Source: Owenia fusiformis (taxonomy: Eukaryota). From it: a DNA stretch of 64,000 bases. The stretch is taken from the NCBI GenBank assembly GCA_903813345.2, contig CAIIXF020000001.1, positions 31,620,001 to 31,684,000 on the forward strand, given 5' to 3'. The number at the start of each line of letters is the position of its first letter. The first letter of the stretch is position 1. The notes under the pieces are model-generated. The model worked only from the letters and a program-made list of their open reading frames with translations, was not told the DNA's origin and did no database searches. Positions 57,601-64,000 of this stretch are shown here, in pieces. The position numbers and the translations under genes were made by a program.

Positions 57601-60600
57601 CTATCATTGGCAACCACTCGAGACAAAATGCTTTAAGTGTCATTTAACATTATAAAAATATAACAACAAAATCATTGGAAAAAATGACACAATAATTGGA
57701 AAATCACTATTTTAGAATTTCTATTACTGTGAGTATAAAATATGAACAATATCGTGTCAATAGTGTATTACATCATTCCTTTATGAATTGTTCGGATGGA
57801 CCAAGATCTGTTTTCCACTGAAACTTTTGGGGTGGGATAATATTCGACTTAAAGGAAAAATTGATTTTCTTCATTATGTATATGTTATCACTACTATTTC
57901 ATTCATAGTGTCAATTTCGGGTTCACATTTCTCTGAAATTATTGATTCTTCACTATTTATTAAATTTTAAAATATATTCACACCTTTCTGATTTATGAGT
58001 TGATATATGGAACCACTGTGTCCAATAAGATCATAGCAAAAATATTCATTACTATCCAATCCAAAGACCTGCTGCTGAATCTGAACTATACCATTATCTG
58101 AAATTATAGGAAAAGCTAGTGTATATATACAGTGTATGAATTATTACATATTGTTGCAAACAACTCAGATCGTATCAAGTCTGTGACCTTGACCCAGATA
58201 TTCGGACCAACGAACAAATTATTCATGAATTTGAAATATGTCACAATATCACGCGGTCCTAACTTCGACCGTTTTTGACCTACCAGATGCTCGAAAATCA
58301 AGGATTGCGAGTCTCATACTGCACCGTTTTTCTTCAAACTTATACCATTAAAAGCAAAACAAAATTGCCTTTCTGTCGGTGTATTACTTTACTGTAAAGA
58401 GTCCCTCGTTCTAGCAGCGTTTTGGTCCCCAGCTGTTAGAAGGCCTTCTTACAGCTGGGGACCAAAATGCCGCTGGAAGTAGGGACTCTGTTTAAGAGAA
58501 TAATGTACCAACAGAAAGGGATTTTTGTTATGCTTTGAATGGAACACGTTTGAAGGAAGACGGTGCAGTACGAGATTCGTAATCCTTGATTTTCAAACAT
58601 CCGGTAGGTCAAAAATTCAAATTAATGGTCGAAGTTAGTACCGCGTGAATATATTTCAGTATAATATAGCCATAAATAAGGGATCTTCTAATTATTGATA
58701 ATTTTTGTATGAGGCGACACTTTTGAATTTCTGAAATACAGATAAAATAAAATATCTTCAGTTCGAGTATGATACATCCATACGTTAGCTTGAACTGAAT
58801 ATTGGAATCTGCTCTTGATGGAATACTTTTCATTTGAACTAGTGAGATAAAAATCATACTTCAGAGAAATCTGAAAATCTATTTTTCTACCACCGTGCAT
58901 GGCCTCTTTGGGCCAGCCCGAAAAACACAGGCAGCCATTTTTGATTGTACAACGCAGGAATCTGAAAATAGATACGATATTTGCAATCTACTTTAAAATT
59001 CCTCTCATTTGAATATGATAAAATCATACTTCAGAAAGATCTAAAAAGAATTTGCACACTATCCCCTCCCCTCAGACACGGCTTTCGAAGGTCAGGCTGA
59101 AAAACACGGCACAATTGCAAATCATCAAGACCATAAAATATTTGTGATCTAATGCATCGTACCATATTCTTGAAAAGATCTCTACATGATAGCGAATTCC
59201 CGCTTTCGGCAACCATTTTGAATTTTCTGAGGCACGAATTTGAGAAACAATACCATGATTCAGAATCAGAAATATATTTATTTGGCATCTACTCTTATTT
59301 CCTTTTCATTTGAGTATAATTAATTTCAGAAAGATCTCAAAATTTCCCTAAACATAGCCCCCTAAGGGTCATGCTGAAAGTCAGACAGACTGACGGAGAG
59401 ACTAACAGACGAACAGACTGACAGACAGACTGGCAGAGGGCTTCACTATATCTCATTCATTTGGATCATTTCATTTGGATATTGTACCAACCTATATATG
59501 TATGTACATATACTTGTAAAAAATCATTAAAACAATTACAATCCACCGAGTAGCAAATTCCACTATACAAAACGTATTTTATCAAATCACTAATCGCTAT
59601 TTTGAATATTGTATAATAGTGTAACGACCCTGGGGCATGTCCGTCGGGGAGCTGTAGTGTACCTAGCCAGATACTAGACTCGAAATAGAGTGTGTTAAAT
59701 TCAATGCCCCGTACGGGAATCGGACCAGGACTTTCCGCTCTCGAGTCAGACGCTCTTCCCCTGAGCCATATAGGTTAGCCACTACAGCTGAGGCTGTAGT
59801 AGCGAGTTGGTATCAAAGGTCATTACAATAAATATCACAAGGCAATGATTGTCTCCTTTTTGAAAATCTACACCCGTGACTTGATAGTACATGGTGAGCC
59901 AGTCATCCAGCATGGGACCAATGAAACTTATATAAATGTAGAATGAAAGAACATGGAACAAGGTTTAGTTGTGCCAAATATGATTTAGAATACATGCTGG
60001 ATGACGGAATTATTAACATTTGTTTCGGTTACCCTTTTTGGCTCACCCTGTAAATTTATTCTCAAACAGAGGTTCTATGAAGGCATTAATCAAACCCTAC
60101 CCGATTATACTCCACAGAGTAGCAAATCCCACCGAACAAAACGTTTTGATAACTATAGCGGCCTTCTTGACCAGAGTTCCTTTTCCCCTAGGTATCAGCA
60201 TATAAAATTTGAACCAAATCCGTCAACTGGTATTTGAGTTATCAAAGATTATGTTTTTTTATGAAAAATGGTAGCCATTTTGAAATTCAGACATCTTGAA
60301 CATCTCTTAGCAAAGCTCTTTTGTCCCTTGGCATACAAAATTTGAACCAAATCTGTCAACTAGTATTCGAATTATCAAAGATTACATTTTTTAAAATATG
60401 GTGGCCATTTTGAATTGAGCGACAATATCGAAAATTTCTTCTCAAGCACAGGTCCTACACCCATAACTTCGGCATGAGCCTATAAATTTTGAATCAAATC
60501 CGTCAACTTGTATTTGAGTTATGGCCCGGACGAACGAATGGACGGACAGATGGACGAACGGTCAACTTCTTATATCTCCCTTGAACTGGGAAAATAAGAC

Positions 60601-61927
60601 ATTAGCCTTGAACTGAACCGGATAACAGGATTGAATTCAGTGGCGTTCTTGAATTTTCCTGTCTCCCTAGAGTCAATAAATAAAAGTTTAAAAAAAACCA
60701 TCAACTAGTATTTCAGTTATTAGGATTACATTTTTTACGAAATATATATCTTGTATTCAGCAGCCATATTGGTAATCCATTTTCGAGCAAATGTTTAGTA
60801 CCAACCGATAAGGCACCAGTCTATAGATTGAAGATATTTAAGGACATAAAATTCCCGCCATTTTTAAGGCGGTGGCGGCGGCGACCATCTTGCACATTTT
60901 TTGTTGCGTAAAACTATTCACCAATATGCATCTTCCCACCAAATATGAAGAAAATCTGTCCACTAGTGTTCGAGTTAGCTTCCGGATAGACGGACGGACG
61001 GACTTCGTTCGGTGGAACAGAGACATGTTTTATATGTCTCTAGTTGGAATAATATAAAGCAATTCTATGATCCACTTTGTATTCTATCACAGTTAATCAG
61101 TTATTAAACAGTTTGCAGTTTAAGAATCTCGTTGACCTTCCTCTTCACTCATTTGATGTCATCTATATATTCATTAAGTCGCTAAGTCACTTAAGTCACA
61201 GTGACACGGTCATTTGAACAACTCCAAACAAATTACACAATTATGGCTGTTACAACATGAGATATTATCAAGGACTGCTAAGGTTAATTCCAACATCCTG
61301 CAATTCAACATGATTTTTATCTGCACGCAAAGAATATGTACTTTTCCGTATTGTGTGGTAAATGTAGCCTTGCCCAAGTCGGTCTCTTACTTATTTTGAT
61401 CTCGAATAATTCAAGATCCGATAAGTAAAAAAAACACCGACTTGGACAAGGCTAGGTAAAATGTAACATAACATGATATGACATATCATTATCAACGTTA
61501 CACAAATGAAGGTCATGCTGTTATTCAAAGGACAAGTTTCATTAGTAGATGAAAATGTATACGTAAAGGATTTGTGTATTGAAATATATAGAGATCCTGT
61601 TCAGGCTCTTGTGAAGCTTTGATCAAAACATTTAGTTTCTTTTCTAAAATCAAGTTGTAAATTCAACTTGAAAAATGTCTCAAACAATTGCTCAATGTTT
61701 GGATGATTTAAAACTTTACATGGGGCCTTTAATATGTAATCTTTGAGCATGTTGCCTTGTGAGGTAATCTTAATATCTGTATTTTAAATAAAAATAAAAA
61801 TAGGTGTGTTTACTAACTTCAATGACCTAATATAGATATAGCATAAGTTTATACTCACGGCAGAGATTGTTTATGCATTTGGAGTAATTGCCGAAACTGG
61901 AGCATGCTGCGTCATCCATACATTCTC
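51689..61927 (-). CDS. 3' part of a probable secreted protein: Cys-rich module + ITIH-C-terminal/VWD-like domain
   Basis: Phase-1 exons 61927-61859 (GECMDDAACSSFGNYSKCINNLC), 58097-57984 (NGIVQIQQQVFGLDSNEYFCYDLIGHSGSIYQLINQK), 52396-52076 (GIVVKVTLL..HIGFNLRDDELRTGHGLI), 51873-51689 (GTISRR..RCYKL..RFQ*). CYDL.G..G..Y.LI and HGLIG recall the ITIH C-terminal domain. No start found; extra exons possible. Confidence 0.7.
52690..54770. mobile_element. Transib-like non-autonomous element (CACGGTC terminus, 5-bp TSD)
   Basis: ~44-bp TIR CACGGTCCACATCCCGCTCCGTATGATATGGTCC.TTCGTGTGC; ATTAT at 52685-52689 and 54771-54775; internal inverted GGATCCGAC/GTCGGATCC repeats. Confidence 0.82.
53870..54235 (-). 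mobile_element. 5'-truncated, frameshifted LINE (CR1/L2-type) C-terminal fragment
   Basis: Minus-strand pieces EWNRLS, LSRKQEITLNRL, CGKSTTPKHSIMQCKRHSTQRKK resemble the C-x-CG..H..C tail of CR1-group ORF2. Confidence 0.55.
56962..57536. mobile_element. MITE with ~75-bp TIR
   Basis: CAGGGGACAGAAACGCGTCCAGTATTTTCGTCCGGTACAACCGGAAAT.. and reverse complement; ATAAT on both sides (or TAA if the ends are one base longer). Confidence 0.85.
57088..57233. mobile_element. Nested GC-rich hairpin MITE (Harbinger-like)
   Basis: TAATGCCTGGGTCACA..CGATTCATCGGCCGGCGCCCGG / CCGGGCGCCGGCCGATGAATCG..TGTGACCAAGGTATTA. Confidence 0.75.
58250..58647. mobile_element. Spacer-less palindromic element (CACGCGG terminus, 5-bp TSD; Transib-like)
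   Basis: CACGCGGTCCTAACTTCGACC ... GGTCGAAGTTAGTACCGCGTG, centre AGAAGGCCTTCT; AATAT at 58245-58249 and 58648-58652. Confidence 0.82.
58800..61056. repeat. Cluster of HINE-like remnants with (GACA)n/(GACG)n microsatellites
   Basis: Microsatellite tails at ~59380-59435, ~60528-60560, ~60985-61005, each preceded by GCCATTTTG-containing tandem units. Confidence 0.55.
59704..59773 (-). mobile_element. tRNA-derived SINE head
   Basis: Minus strand TGGCTCAGGGG (A-box) ... GGTCCGATTCCC (B-box-like); a related A-box fragment TAGCTCAGTGG at ~12970-13000. Confidence 0.5.
61365..61454. mobile_element. 90-bp hairpin MITE with TAG..CTA ends
   Basis: TAGCCTTGCCCAAGTCGG ... CCGACTTGGACAAGGCTA, flanked by GGTAAATG / GGTAAAATG (8/9-bp near-TSD). 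Confidence 0.7.
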
Positions 61928-63310
61928 CTGCAAGGTATCATTAATCATTAACAATCTCGTAATTCCACGACTTTCATTATCTAAATTTGTATTAATGGAT
62001 CACTTGAGTGCCACTATAGATGACAAACATCATAGGTGATACAAGTTTATTACATCGTTGCTAGTGTAAAAATTGGGAATAATTTGTTTTATGTTTCAAA
62101 TGCAATAATGTAAATTAACACTTGGGGTAAATAGTAATTTCTAAAGCGGATATTGTAATTATTTGGAACAAAACATTTCCAGAGTATCATACGCCTGAAG
62201 AAAGACGAGATTATTAAATTATTATCTATCAGAATGTTTTCTGAAAACAAAACAAGGCACGGGGTGAACAATGTCGTGCCTAAAACATAGCAGTGTGGGC
62301 TTGTTGACCCAGAAAGCAAGATGGCCACCGAGAAGTTAATCAGCTGTAGAACTTCTTACCATGTAACATGTGTAAAAATTTGAAGTGAATCCGGTAAGTG
62401 GTTTTCATGGAATCGCGATGGCAAGACTTATCTAATCAGATCTACGACGTCTTACCATATAACATTGTGTTAAAATTTGAAGTAAATCCGTTAAGTGGTT
62501 CTCCTGGAATCACGATGTCAAGGTTTATCTAAAAACTTCCAAGATGGCCTACAGAATCCAAGATGACCATCGAAAAGTTAATCAGCTCTAGAACTCTTAC
62601 CATCACGCCTAACCATCGACAAGGTAAAGTGACAAAATATACCGTAGTACACTTTAGATGTACGATGTCACTATTTAACCGATTTGAAGCAAAGACAATA
62701 ATGCAGGTGTAATGTAGGTTTTAAAAAATTAATCTTGGGAATACTTGAAAGATTTCATGTTTAATTTCGTGTGTATTCGTTTAGAAAGACATTTAACTTT
62801 CGAATAACGTTAAAAGATTTTCGAACAGTACTCGATTTTTTTCGTAGTCAATCTACCCACGAAAATTGATCGGTTGGAAAATGTTGGGTTTTTCACATTT
62901 CCTTGGATCATTTTTTCCCCTGTTGCCTAAAAGTGTCGATTATTTTTATGAGAATATGTTTCTCTATAATACACAATTTAGGACGGGTGGAAATTAATAA
63001 ATATTCAAGTATTTATTGTAATTTAAAAAAATCAGAAATGTGCGTTGTCAACTCGAATGTACGTTGTCCCTGTAATTGAATGTAATGATTTCATTTCAAA
63101 AGTCATTAAGGTTTTTATGAGTAACAAGTGATCTTTCACGAACATGCTCAAGTATCCTTTTTGCTTTTTAAAAATAATCGACACTCTTATACGACAGGGG
63201 AGAAAATGATCAAAGGAAATGTGTAAATACACAACATTTTCAAACCGACCAATTATGGGTAGATTGACTACGAAAAAAATCGAGCATTGTTCAAAAATCT
63301 TAATCTCGTG

Positions 63311-63979
63311 CAACAATGGTCTACATGACCTGTAATAAATAGGTATAAGGGACGTTATTATCACAATACTAATGACATTGCTCACTTTTTAAAGTTAGTT
63401 TCCATGCGTTATACAAAAAATAATCGAAATAAATTAATTTGGGATGGAGGGGGATCGGATGGAGGGGGGGGGATCACGTATATATAAGACATGATAAGAC
63501 GTGCTACTTGAATTTATTCGTATGACTCCAAATTTTCCCATTTTTCATTCTCCAGAGACATAATATCCAGTTTCTTACTGGGGTAATGAGTTTAGTTTTT
63601 TCAAATACACGAGTTCTTGTAAATTTGTTCCATCGTAAAGATATATAAATTCCCCCCCCCCCCTCCATCCGATCCCCCCTCCATCCCAAATTAATTTACT
63701 TCGATTATTTTTTGTATAACGCATGGAAGCTAACTTTAAAAAATGAGCAATGTCATAAGTATTGTGATAATAACGTTCCTTATACCTATTTATTACAGGT
63801 CGTGTAGACCATTGTTGCCCGATTTATAGCAAAAACATTGACTTTTGCACGTTGGTGATGATGCGCCTTTTTTAATAGATCTCACATCTTAGAAGGGTAT
63901 CAGTTCAAAAAAAAATACTAGATGACCTAACATATTTTGCCATGCACTGCGCCTATTCATTTGGCAATTCAGTTGTAAA
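63311..63979. mobile_element. Palindromic element with G-rich subterminal repeats (copy 2)
   Basis: Palindrome 63311-63817 plus tail; closely similar to 15913-16563. Confidence 0.8.
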
Positions 63980-64000
63980 GAACGAATGGCTATAAGACAC

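Overview
AT-rich, intron-containing metazoan (probably invertebrate) genomic DNA; most ORF-track entries are spurious. Splicing by eye (GT-AG, phases checked) gives five genes: RNASEH1 (+, 1000-6285, 8 exons, two in-frame starts), Elongin C (-, 10212-13559), a clan-2-like cytochrome P450 (+, 22283-27046, 6 exons, atypical motifs), an unannotated-looking small secreted 8-Cys prepropeptide (-, 30287-40115, signal peptide + KR site, TATA promoter), and the 3' part of a protein with a Cys-rich module plus an ITIH-C-terminal/VWD-like domain (-, 51689-61927, 5' end probably outside the window). The rest is dense in non-autonomous DNA transposons: four different CAC-terminated foldback elements each with a 5-bp TSD (Transib/RAG-like signature), an Academ-like element (TAG..CTA, 3-bp TSD, satellite-bearing arms, transposase remnant), Helentron/HINE-like elements with tandem arrays, Tc1/mariner, PIF/Harbinger and hAT-like MITEs, tRNA-derived heads and a LINE fragment. 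No database searches were possible; family names rest on motif recognition.
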